Shown piece after piece: positions 26,089 through 33,972 of a stretch of 64,000 nt of DNA (the stretch's first letter is position 1; each line of letters opens with the position of its first letter). The position numbers and the translations under genes were made by a program. The notes beneath the pieces are model-generated. The model was not told the DNA's origin, ran no database searches, and saw only the letters and a list, made by a program, of their open reading frames with translations. Source of the DNA: Candidatus Saccharimonadales bacterium (lineage in GTDB: Bacteria > Patescibacteriota > Saccharimonadia > Saccharimonadales > EFPC-124); the NCBI GenBank assembly GCA_035457485.1, contig DATIBO010000006.1:434659-498658 (forward strand), given 5' to 3'.

Positions 26089-26773
26089 CAAATATCAAAA
26101 ATTCGCCGAAGATATTTTAGGCTTTAAATTTGACGAACCACAGCATTTGATAACGGCTTTGACACACCGCTCTTACATGAATGAGCACAAATCTAGCGCA
26201 ACTGCCCACAACGAGCGCCTAGAATTTTTAGGCGATGCAGTTCTAGAATTAGTTGTAACAGAGTTTTTATATTTAAATTACGATGAACCAGAAGGTATTT
26301 TAACTAACTGGCGCGCAGCTTTGGTGCGCACGGAATCTATCAGTGCAGCCGGAAGTCGGCTGGGGCTTTATGATTTAATGCGATTGAGTCGCGGTGAAAA
26401 GCACGGGTCTGATCGCGCAAAACAGCAGATTATGGCAAATGCTTTCGAGGCTGTAATCGGTGCAATCTACCTTGATAAAGGCTACAAGGCTGCGAGCGCT
26501 TTTGTTCATAAGCACATTTTGGCGACTTTGGAAGATATTTTACAGACTGGCTCGTGGCGCGATCCTAAGTCACGCTTGCAGGAAGTCGCTCAAAGTGTAG
26601 ACGGCGAGACTCCTGTTTATAAAGTTTTGGCCGAAGACGGTCCAGATCACGATAAAATGTTTACTTTAGGTGCATATATTGGCAACAAATTGCGAGGTAA
26701 GGGCAGCGGACCTTCTAAGCAGATGGCTCAACAAGAGGCGGCGAAGAACGCGCTGAAGAGTTACGAAAAGTAG
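26075..26773 (+). CDS. rnc: ribonuclease III
   Basis: Signature ERLEFLGDAVL plus a C-terminal dsRBD. Confidence 0.9.
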   Translation: MQDISKYQKFAEDILGFKFDEPQHLITALTHRSYMNEHKSSATAHNERLEFLGDAVLELVVTEFLYLNYDEPEGILTNWRAALVRTESISAAGSRLGLYDLMRLSRGEKHGSDRAKQQIMANAFEAVIGAIYLDKGYKAASAFVHKHILATLEDILQTGSWRDPKSRLQEVAQSVDGETPVYKVLAEDGPDHDKMFTLGAYIGNKLRGKGSGPSKQMAQQEAAKNALKSYEK

Positions 26774-27044
26774 TCCAGGGCCGCTTATTGAGTACTGTGC
26801 TAGGCGTGATACGCTCTAAGTATGAATTTCTATAGAATTTACCTAGATAGTCAGCGCAAAAACTGTATTGATGTGCCAGACAAAACATACGAATTGCTCG
26901 TCGCAGTTCACGTACAGAGTGGTTTTAAGGTAAGTCAGATCATTGTTAGTCAACTCGATCATGGTTCAATCATTGACAACAGAGGCGCAACCCTGTAAAA
27001 TAACACTAGTTTTAAACGATAAACCTAAAAGGATTTTATAAATA

Positions 27045-27419
27045 ATGCTAGCTATTCGAATGCAACGTCTTGGTCGTAAGGCTTTACCAGTTTACCGCCT
27101 TGCTGTTCAAGAAGCTCAACGCCACCCAAGCAGCGGTCGCGTGGTTGCTTATGTAGGTTCTTACAACCCACACACCAAAGAAGTAAAAATTGACAAAGAA
27201 AAAGTCGAATTTTATCTAAAAAATGGCGCTCAGCCAACTCCTCGTGTTGTTAAAGTTCTAACAGGCGAAAAAGTTGATTTGCCAAAATGGGTTACTCCTG
27301 TTAAAAATGACCGCGCAGCAAAACTACGCAACCCAGAAAAACTTCGTAAAAACCAGCCAAAAGAAGAAGCCGCTCCAGAAGCTAAGACCGAAGAAGCAGT
27401 AGAAAAAACCGAAGAATAA
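27045..27419 (+). CDS. rpsP: 30S ribosomal protein S16
   Basis: MLAIRMQRLGRKALPVYRLAV... N-terminus with a Lys/Glu-rich tail. Confidence 0.9.
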   Translation: MLAIRMQRLGRKALPVYRLAVQEAQRHPSSGRVVAYVGSYNPHTKEVKIDKEKVEFYLKNGAQPTPRVVKVLTGEKVDLPKWVTPVKNDRAAKLRNPEKLRKNQPKEEAAPEAKTEEAVEKTEE

Positions 27420-27450
27420 AAAACCCCTCGCGACAAAGCGAGGGTTTTTA
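27418..27450 (+). terminator. rho-independent terminator after rpsP
   Basis: CCCTCGC-gacaaa-GCGAGGG flanked by an A run and a T run. Confidence 0.7.
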
Positions 27451-27567
27451 TTTCTACCCCTCAGTAAAAAAGGTACTCATGCTTCATAAAAAACTAGCAA
27501 AAGCAGTTTGCCAGCGTAAATTTTGTGAGTTACAATTAAAGCACCGACTAATAAGGGAGATTTTACG

Positions 27568-28002
27568 GTGACCAGTATCGACCAACAGTTTGTAGAATAT
27601 ATTATTAAGTCGCTAGTAAGTAAGCCGGAAAACGTAAAAATCGAGCGACGAATCGATGAAAAAGGCGTTCTTTTAGAGCTTAGCGTGGACCCAGAGGACT
27701 TGGGTCGCGTAATTGGTAAACGAGGTGCAACTGCACAAAGCGTTCGTACGCTTTTGCGAGCTTTGGGCACTAAAAATGACGCACGTTATAACCTAAAAAT
27801 TGTTGACGTTGATCGTCCAGAAGGCATGCCACGACCAGCTGCTGGCCCAACAGGTTCTGATTCAGATGACAATACTACAACATCTTCTAATGATGACAAC
27901 AAGTCTGTGCAAAACTCAACAGATGATTCTGTGGAAGAACGTGAATCGGTCAGCTCAAGAACTAGAAAAGAGCTTGCAGATTTAGACGATCTCGATATAT
28001 AG
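27568..28002 (+). CDS. KH-domain RNA-binding protein (KhpA/YlqC-like) with acidic tail
   Basis: GTG start after AAGGGAG. LGRVIGKRGATAQSVRTLL contains the KH GxxG motif. Confidence 0.8.
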   Translation: MTSIDQQFVEYIIKSLVSKPENVKIERRIDEKGVLLELSVDPEDLGRVIGKRGATAQSVRTLLRALGTKNDARYNLKIVDVDRPEGMPRPAAGPTGSDSDDNTTTSSNDDNKSVQNSTDDSVEERESVSSRTRKELADLDDLDI

Positions 28003-28082
28003 TAATAGCAGGTCCAAAAAGGGCAACAAAAACAAAAACCAAAAAGCTCATGCGAGCATGATAAATGAGAGCTTTATGTGGT

Positions 28083-28112
28083 AAAAATACTCCGACTATC
28101 GGAGTATTTTTA
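28083..28112 (+). terminator. rho-independent terminator
   Basis: ATACTCCGA-cta-TCGGAGTAT followed by TTTTT. Confidence 0.7.
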
Positions 28113-28125
28113 TTTGTGATAGATT

Positions 28126-28656
28126 TTGTCTATGAGCACTATTGGATTGCGGAGAGGTACTGTAAAGGTTGAGCCCTATGATGCTCGTTGGATGGAAGAA
28201 TTCGAAAGAGAGAAACTGCGCTTACTGCAGGTATTTGGCGATAAAATTATTCAAATAGAACATATTGGCAGCACATCGGTTGAGGGGTTGTGCGCGAAGC
28301 CCGTCATAGATATGGTAGCAGGTGTAAAAAACTTCGACGAGTTGCCATATTTTGTTGAGCTTTTGCAAAAACTTGGCTACGAATATATTCCTGAACGAAT
28401 GATGGGTGATAGAAAGTTTTTTCCTAAGGGTGAGCGAGATAATCGGACTCACCACTTAAATATCGTGATCATTAACAATCCCGATCAATGGGTTGCGCCG
28501 TTAGCTTTTCGTGATTATTTAACGAGTCATGGTGATGTGCGTAACGAATATGCCAATTTGAAACAAGACTTGGCGATAAAATACTCCAAAAATCGCGATA
28601 GCTACACAAAAGCTAAAAATACTTTTATAAAGTCCGTCCTCGCCAAAGCGACGTAA
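28126..28656 (+). CDS. GrpB family protein
   Basis: PYDARW...[20 protein letters not shown] is typical of GrpB (UPF0157). Confidence 0.8.
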   Translation: MSMSTIGLRRGTVKVEPYDARWMEEFEREKLRLLQVFGDKIIQIEHIGSTSVEGLCAKPVIDMVAGVKNFDELPYFVELLQKLGYEYIPERMMGDRKFFPKGERDNRTHHLNIVIINNPDQWVAPLAFRDYLTSHGDVRNEYANLKQDLAIKYSKNRDSYTKAKNTFIKSVLAKAT

Positions 28657-28675
28657 GCATGTTAAAATAACAGAT

Positions 28676-29335
28676 GTGAACACACGCTTAATCCAGGTTA
28701 TAACTTTATTCCCCGATATGTTCGGGGGTGTTTTTGGCAATTCTATGATGTTCAAGGCGCAAGATCGTAAAATTGTAGAATTTAAAACCATCAATTTACG
28801 TGAATTTGGATTAGGTCCACGCAAGCAGGTTGACGACACTCCTTATGGCGGTGGTGACGGCATGTTGCTTAAACCTGAGCCATTATTTGCGGCGGTTGAA
28901 GCTGCTAAAAGAAATGATCCAACTGCAAAAGTTTTGTTAATGACTCCGCGCGGCGAACGTTGGATTCAGGCTACGGCGCAAAAGTTTGCCGATAATGATG
29001 AAGGCCTAATTATTATTTGTGGTCGCTACGAAGGTTATGATGAACGTATCACGAGTGTGGTCGATCATCAAATCTCTATTGGCGACTACGTTTTAACGGG
29101 TGGTGAAATTCCAGCGATGATAATTGCCGATAGCGTTACACGATTAATCCCAGGTGTTTTAGGTGGAGAAAAATCTGCCGAGATAGAGAGTTTTAGCGAC
29201 GGTCAGACTCTCGAGTTTCCGCAATACACTCGGCCTGCAGAATTTAGGGGAATGATCGTGCCAGAAGTTTTGCTAAACGGAAATCACGCCGAAATAGAAA
29301 AATGGCGCCAAACTAACTCTAGGCAGATCGTTTAG
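28676..29335 (+). CDS. trmD: tRNA (guanine37-N1)-methyltransferase
   Basis: [24 protein letters not shown] and [12 protein letters not shown] motifs. Confidence 0.9.
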   Translation: MNTRLIQVITLFPDMFGGVFGNSMMFKAQDRKIVEFKTINLREFGLGPRKQVDDTPYGGGDGMLLKPEPLFAAVEAAKRNDPTAKVLLMTPRGERWIQATAQKFADNDEGLIIICGRYEGYDERITSVVDHQISIGDYVLTGGEIPAMIIADSVTRLIPGVLGGEKSAEIESFSDGQTLEFPQYTRPAEFRGMIVPEVLLNGNHAEIEKWRQTNSRQIV

Positions 29336-29406
29336 CTCTGTGGGCTGAGCACTTTAATATTGCTAGTTATCGCGCTTCTGCAGATGCTTGCCGATTGAGC
29401 AATAAA

Positions 29407-29429
29407 ATAAAAAAAGCCCCTCTGGGCTT
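29407..29429 (-). terminator. orphan minus-strand rho-independent terminator
   Basis: Minus strand: AAGCCC-agag-GGGCTT followed by TTTTTTT. No credible minus-strand CDS feeds it. Confidence 0.55.
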
Positions 29430-29672
29430 ATAACCGTTAACCCGGGTAAACGCAAAACATTTAAAAAATGAATCTCGCAACGTTTACCAAGGTAACTGGA
29501 GTTGTTGTGGTGTAATAAGCGAGCCACGACGGGCATTTATTTTGGAAAATTTTTATTTTGTCGTATCGCTTACTAATATATTAAAATTTAAGACCAAAAA
29601 GCGCAAGCAGTTTAAATTACAACATGCTTTTGTATTTATAATGATAGACTAGAGTTATAAGGGGATAGAGCG

Positions 29673-30080
29673 ATGAAGTTATCTTTTGTTAAACCGGTTT
29701 ATGCTCACTGTGATATACCTTGTGGCATTTACGAAACCGACACGATGCGTCACTCGGCGGATACTTGCTTAAGAATGATTGAAAAGATCAACGATTTGCC
29801 TGATAACCAAGGTGAAAAGTCAGATGACCACAATAACTTTGTGCGTATGGTTATAAACAAAGAGAAGCACGCTGAACTTTGCAAAGAACAGATCTACATT
29901 TTGTGGAGTGATTATTTTAAGCCTGAGCACTTGCAAAAATTTCCAAAATTACATGAAACAATGTGGCAAGCGGCCAAGCAGTGTAGTAAGGTGAAGCAAA
30001 CGTTAAGTGCAGACGAAGCTAAAAAACTGATTGACATCGTGCACGAAATCGCACATATATTTGAGGACTCAAAGAAATAA
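29673..30080 (+). CDS. sodN: nickel-containing superoxide dismutase precursor
   Basis: An 11-aa leader MKLSFVKPVYA is followed by the Ni-hook HCDIPCGIY. Confidence 0.9.
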   Translation: MKLSFVKPVYAHCDIPCGIYETDTMRHSADTCLRMIEKINDLPDNQGEKSDDHNNFVRMVINKEKHAELCKEQIYILWSDYFKPEHLQKFPKLHETMWQAAKQCSKVKQTLSADEAKKLIDIVHEIAHIFEDSKK

Positions 30081-30081
30081 T

Positions 30082-30384
30082 ATGTTTTTATTAAGAAGAG
30101 TCAACGGCGCTAGCATGCATCCAAATTTACCACACGGTAAATTGATTTTAGCTTCTAAAATCCGAAAACCCAGAGTGGGAGACGTCGTAGTTGTTAAGCA
30201 TCACAGTGTTGAGGTTTTAAAGCGTGTACATGATCTTAAAAACGGGCTAGTCTACTTATTGGGTGATAATCCAGATGAGAGCACTGATAGTCGGCATTAT
30301 GGTTGGCTGCCGGTAGAACGAATTAAAGCGGTAGTATTAGGAGCGAATAATGGTCAAATCGACACCAGCGCCGAAGCTGAATAA
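30082..30384 (+). CDS. sodX: Ni-SOD maturation protease (S26 signal-peptidase family)
   Basis: GASMHPNL serine motif, GDNPDESTDSRHYG, located immediately after sodN. Start moved to the ATG at 30082. Confidence 0.8.
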   Translation: MFLLRRVNGASMHPNLPHGKLILASKIRKPRVGDVVVVKHHSVEVLKRVHDLKNGLVYLLGDNPDESTDSRHYGWLPVERIKAVVLGANNGQIDTSAEAE

Positions 30385-30766
30385 TAGTAGATACATTTTT
30401 GTAACTTATGTTTATGCGTTATTGTTAATAGGGTTTTCGCTCTTCTCTTTAGTAGGTTTTGGTGGATTTGATTTTGCAGGAATTGCGTTCGAAGTGTCAG
30501 GTCAGCCTTTTTGGATCTTTAGTTTAGTGCTTGCGCAGATTTTTACATTGCCATTTATTTTAAGGCTTAATTTAAGTCCGCTCGCAAGGTGTATAAGCGC
30601 TTACTTATGCTTGCTTACACCTCTGTTATTTTTGATTTATGTTGCCTTTGGCTGGATAAACTTTTTTGGTTTTGCCGACTACTTATTTGGTCTGGGAATG
30701 CTATTTTTGGCGGCAGCCAGCTTTTTAGAACTGAACGGCCAGCAGGTTATTGCCAAAAAGCTTTAG
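30350..30766 (+). CDS. hypothetical membrane protein
   Basis: 138-aa hydrophobic ORF. Confidence 0.45.
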   Translation: MVKSTPAPKLNNSRYIFVTYVYALLLIGFSLFSLVGFGGFDFAGIAFEVSGQPFWIFSLVLAQIFTLPFILRLNLSPLARCISAYLCLLTPLLFLIYVAFGWINFFGFADYLFGLGMLFLAAASFLELNGQQVIAKKL

Positions 30767-30841
30767 ATTTTACCCTATCAAAGGCTTCGAAAGTGGCCTT
30801 TCCAATCTGTTAAAATTGCAGTATAATTTGTAGGTTGTTAG

Positions 30842-30917
30842 TGGCGAGTGGCCAAGTTGGTAAGGCGTCGGTTTCTGGCACCGAAGATCGAAGGTTCGAG
30901 TCCTTCCTCGCCAGCCA
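30842..30917 (+). tRNA. tRNA-Gln (CTG), CCA encoded
   Basis: Acceptor TGGCGAG/CTCGCCA. Anticodon arm TCGGT-TTCTGGC-ACCGA. T arm GAAGG-TTCGAGT-CCTTC. Confidence 0.9.
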
Positions 30918-30944
30918 TGAAATAATTATTGTATTTGTCAAATT

Positions 30945-30967
30945 GAGGCTGTCTGGAGCCTCTTTTT
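30945..30967 (+). terminator. rho-independent terminator after tRNA-Gln
   Basis: GAGGCT-gtctgg-AGCCTC followed by TTTTT. Confidence 0.7.
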
Positions 30968-31266
30968 GTATTTCGACCCGGATTTCATTTTCCATTACAT
31001 CCTCCTTAATGTTTGCGGATTCCACTTACAAAATCCTTCAGAAAAAGTTTTGCAAGGCACAGTTCAGTATTTTGCGGAGAATCCAGCCACGACGCTTCAT
31101 CCTTGCCACTGCACCGACCTCCAGTCGAAGGTGGCGCTGTCAAAAGTCGCAGACGTTCGAGAAGTCGGCTCCGGACTCGCGCTTGAGTACTCATAAAGTT
31201 GGATCATGTTCTGCCCCGGTTGGTGGGGGTGTGTGAGAGTACTCCAGAAATGGGGTACTTTTTTGT

Positions 31267-31295
31267 TTGCAAATTTGATATTTATATTGTATTAT
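31267..31295 (+). promoter_or_regulatory. near-consensus sigma70 promoter inside island 3
   Basis: TTGCAA (31267-31272), N17, TATTAT (31290-31295). About 160 nt upstream of the 98-aa ORF. Confidence 0.5.
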
Positions 31296-31462
31296 ATATT
31301 CGTTCTTTACTGATGTAGCGCGACTACCGTTAAGGTCTGCTTCGTTTAAGCAGCTGGTTCTCCAGGTCGTGCGAAGATTCCCGTAGGCGCAAGGGTAAAC
31401 GCGTTTGCCTTGTGCAAAGGGGTGGCGACTTTTCTGTCCACCAAGGATAGGAAGGGACGTCA

Positions 31463-31759
31463 ATGTCTAGAGTCAAGGTTCGGCTCGTAACGACCATCTA
31501 CGTAAGCCACCTCGAGTGGGAAGATGGTCCTGGGTCGATGCAAAACGTCGTAAGCGACAGCTCGGTATGTGAACGGCAGGAAGTCGACTCCCTAACCATG
31601 GCTGAGGCTAAGGCGCTCAGCTACGACGATCTTCGGTTCGAATACGGACTGAACTTCGAGGAAGACTCACCGGACGGTTTTGAGGAATTCAACTTCGCGT
31701 TGCAATACCTCAACGAAGCCACCGGCAAGTGGTGTCACCTTAAGTCAATTAGCAAGTAA
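31463..31759 (+). CDS. hypothetical acidic protein (98 aa)
   Basis: ATG preceded by AGGAAGGGA. Acidic C-terminal half (NFEEDSPDGFEEFNF). A canonical terminator lies 7 nt after the stop. No family recognised. Confidence 0.5.
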   Translation: MSRVKVRLVTTIYVSHLEWEDGPGSMQNVVSDSSVCERQEVDSLTMAEAKALSYDDLRFEYGLNFEEDSPDGFEEFNFALQYLNEATGKWCHLKSISK

Positions 31760-31765
31760 AGAACT

Positions 31766-31795
31766 GGCGGACGTGCATTTTGCGTCCGCCTTTTC
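31766..31795 (+). terminator. rho-independent terminator shared by convergent island 3 genes
   Basis: GGCGGACG-tgcattttg-CGTCCGCC followed by TTTT. Confidence 0.7.
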
Positions 31796-31863
31796 TATAC
31801 AATGAATAAGTTTTTTAAGACCGTTCTCGGTCAGCGAGCCAGTTGCCTGGCATGGACGTACGT

Positions 31864-33219
31864 CTACTTGGTGTTTCTAAGGCCCTCTTCTAGTGCCTTG
31901 TGGATCCCGGCCCTGACGAAGCGAGGCAGCGAGTTGAATTGCTCGGCCGACTCCGGCATGGGGCTCATGTGTGGGAGTACATAGGTCTTATCCGGCGCTA
32001 GGCGAGCCAGGATCTGCAAACCAGTACTCGCTTCGAACTTGCGGATCTCTTCGCGCTGCCGCTCGGTCATGTTGCCCTTGCGAGGATGACCGCACACAAA
32101 GTGCGGGTTCTTCATCTTGGGCTCCAATACGGGCTGCCGCGCTCCCGTTTCGGTGACTCGCGTTCGCTTGGTGCGCCGCGGGATTGCCGTCCACGGAACT
32201 GTTGTCTTGCTAATGATGGAGCTGCTCTTGAAGACGGGAATACCATCCTGGACCACGGTTTTCGGGCCACGGCTACTCCCGGCGGTCTCTTTGACCGTTA
32301 CGAGGTCGTGATAGACCTGGGCGATCATGGCTACAACATAACTTCCGATCGCAGGCGTCCGGGGCATGTTTTCTGACGGCCCCAGGATTGCTTCCTCGTC
32401 GACTACGGTAAAATAGCTTCCTTGTTCTGACGAGTCAACTCTTGCCAGGATCGACATGTACGGGCTTTTAGGCTTAGGAACTACCTTGAGCCACATTCCG
32501 TTGATGTTGCCGGCCGAGAGCTTGATTTGCACGCCTTGCGGGTGCACGGTGTAGCATTGGTTCTCGAGCGCAGCTGCCAGGGTGGCTTCTACGAATTCGA
32601 GATACTCGTCGCCCCGATACGGTAAATCCAGGCTCCATTCGCTTGGGGTCGGCACCATCCAGGTGTCATCCTGCCCAACGTGATGCATAATGCTAGGCAG
32701 CATCAGAGGGAAGGTTGATACCAGAAGGGCGATGTCGTAGGGTTCGGTCATCTTGTGGCCGAGCTCGCGGAATGCCGGGATGTTGTTCTTGATCCCGACC
32801 AAAATCTTGGTTTCGCTGCCGATCATCGCTGTGATGCAGTTGACGATCAAAGAGCAGATCAATCCGAGGTTCTTTTTCGAGTCGTTCGAAGAGAGCGCGA
32901 TCACGAGCCAAACTGCAGTGTTGAGCTCCTCGATCTCGTAGTACGACTTAGTCTCGACGATTCGAGCTGACTCGGTTGTAACGAGCTCGAAGAACGAGTC
33001 CAGGAATTCACTCTGACTGCCAGCGGCGTACGAAATCGCGACTGATTCCACGATTTCTAAAAGCTGGTCGATTACCGGATCGCTTCTGTCGCTCGGCTGG
33101 TAGTAAACCAGGCTAGGATCTTCTGCGAAGAAAGCTCCAATCTGAGCGCCAGTAACGTCGGTCAAGAGTCGTGGATTTTTCCACACAACTTCCTCCAAAG
33201 GTCGTGCGTCCAACTCCAT
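31864..33219 (-). CDS. hypothetical protein (451 aa), elevated-GC gene, no recognisable domain
   Basis: Longest ORF in the island, and the nested ORFs on both strands are shorter. The ATG at 33219 has no SD and abuts TATAAT. An alternative GTG at 33186 follows GGAGGAA. The C-terminal third is basic (PRRTKRTRV) and contains HFVCGHPRKG. Confidence 0.65.
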   Translation of the reverse strand: MELDARPLEEVVWKNPRLLTDVTGAQIGAFFAEDPSLVYYQPSDRSDPVIDQLLEIVESVAISYAAGSQSEFLDSFFELVTTESARIVETKSYYEIEELNTAVWLVIALSSNDSKKNLGLICSLIVNCITAMIGSETKILVGIKNNIPAFRELGHKMTEPYDIALLVSTFPLMLPSIMHHVGQDDTWMVPTPSEWSLDLPYRGDEYLEFVEATLAAALENQCYTVHPQGVQIKLSAGNINGMWLKVVPKPKSPYMSILARVDSSEQGSYFTVVDEEAILGPSENMPRTPAIGSYVVAMIAQVYHDLVTVKETAGSSRGPKTVVQDGIPVFKSSSIISKTTVPWTAIPRRTKRTRVTETGARQPVLEPKMKNPHFVCGHPRKGNMTERQREEIRKFEASTGLQILARLAPDKTYVLPHMSPMPESAEQFNSLPRFVRAGIHKALEEGLRNTK

Positions 33220-33287
33220 ATTATAAAATGTAAATCAATTTTTGTACAGATGTTGTTTATGCGGCGAATTGAGCGTTTAATTAAAGA

Positions 33288-33917
33288 ATGTTAGCCCTAG
33301 CTGTAGTGCTTGTTGTATTAGCCGTGCTTTTATTAGCAGAATTTTTGGCGCGTTATACCCAAATTCGATCTGAAATCACACGTAAAGTAGTTCATATTTT
33401 AGTTGGTGTATTCGTTGCTTTTTGGCCATTCTTTTTAACTTGGACTCAGATTCAATTGCTCAGTGCGGCACTTTTGGTTGTCGTTTTAATTTCAATAAAG
33501 CTAAATATTTTTAAATCTATCCACGCAGTCAAACGCAACGCCTGGGGTGAAGTATTGTTTGCAGTTGTTGTTGGGGTGCTGGCGACGGTTGCACAAGATA
33601 AGTTTATTTTTATGGCGGCGATGCTGAGCTTAAGCTTATCGGACGGCTTAGCAGCGGTAATTGGCGAAAAATATGGAGTTAAAACTCAATACAATGTTTT
33701 TGGTCGCACGAAGAGTGTTGTTGGTACAATTACATTTTTAGTTGTAGAGGTGTTAGTAATGGTAGGATACTCAGTTTTTAGCGGAATTGCGCCTAGCTTT
33801 TTGATTTTTGTGTGGTTGCCGGTTTTAGCAACCATAGCCGAGAACGTCTCGGGTAACGGTACCGATAACCTAGTTATGCCACTTTTAGTGGCGTTAATTT
33901 TACTACAAGTTTCCTAA
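33288..33917 (+). CDS. polyprenol/phytol/dolichol kinase-like (CdsA superfamily) membrane protein
   Basis: Multi-TM protein. The SDGLAAVIGEKYG...GRTKSVVGTITF motif resembles CTP-dependent polyprenol kinases. Confidence 0.55.
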   Translation: MLALAVVLVVLAVLLLAEFLARYTQIRSEITRKVVHILVGVFVAFWPFFLTWTQIQLLSAALLVVVLISIKLNIFKSIHAVKRNAWGEVLFAVVVGVLATVAQDKFIFMAAMLSLSLSDGLAAVIGEKYGVKTQYNVFGRTKSVVGTITFLVVEVLVMVGYSVFSGIAPSFLIFVWLPVLATIAENVSGNGTDNLVMPLLVALILLQVS

Positions 33918-33972
33918 AAAATGCGTTGTTTACGCAGTCAAAAGGCTGTAAGCTAAGCTCAAAAGGAGCAGC

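Larger units (their letters stand above)
31075..33219. other. elevated-GC island 3 downstream of tRNA-Gln (mosaic)
   Basis: 37 of 60 G+C at 31081-31140, 38 of 60 at 32101-32160 and 31 of 60 at 32941-33000. Interrupted by a 13-of-60 AT-rich promoter block at 31261-31320. Confidence 0.7.

Noticed and set aside
26822-26998. 58-aa ORF (MNFYRIYLDSQRKNC...) between rnc and rpsP.
   Set aside because: It has no RBS and no recognisable family, and it overlaps the rpsP promoter (TTGACA-N17-TAAAAT). I cannot support it as a gene.
29356-29527. 57-codon minus-strand ORF (MPVVARLLHHNN...).
   Set aside because: It reads straight through the minus-strand terminator hairpin, and it has no RBS.
30810-31236. 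ORFs 30810-31025 (minus, with a strong AAGGAGGA-ATG at about 30990), 30835-31236 (plus), 30966-31196 (plus) and 31006-31194 (minus).
   Set aside because: The first two read through tRNA-Gln and its terminator. The others have no start context and odd composition. At most, the plus-strand frame ending at 31196 is a gene relic, reported separately as a low-confidence finding.
31191-31463. Minus-strand 90-aa ORF.
   Set aside because: It is antisense to the promoter and structured leader of the 98-aa gene. It crosses a 22% GC block and has no RBS.
31971-32970. Nested ORFs on both strands inside the 451-aa gene (31971, 31988, 32086, 32117, 32693, 32753, 32755).
   Set aside because: They are short frames left open by elevated GC, with Arg/Pro/Ala-rich composition. 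The 451-aa frame is far longer and is the only one with protein-like composition.
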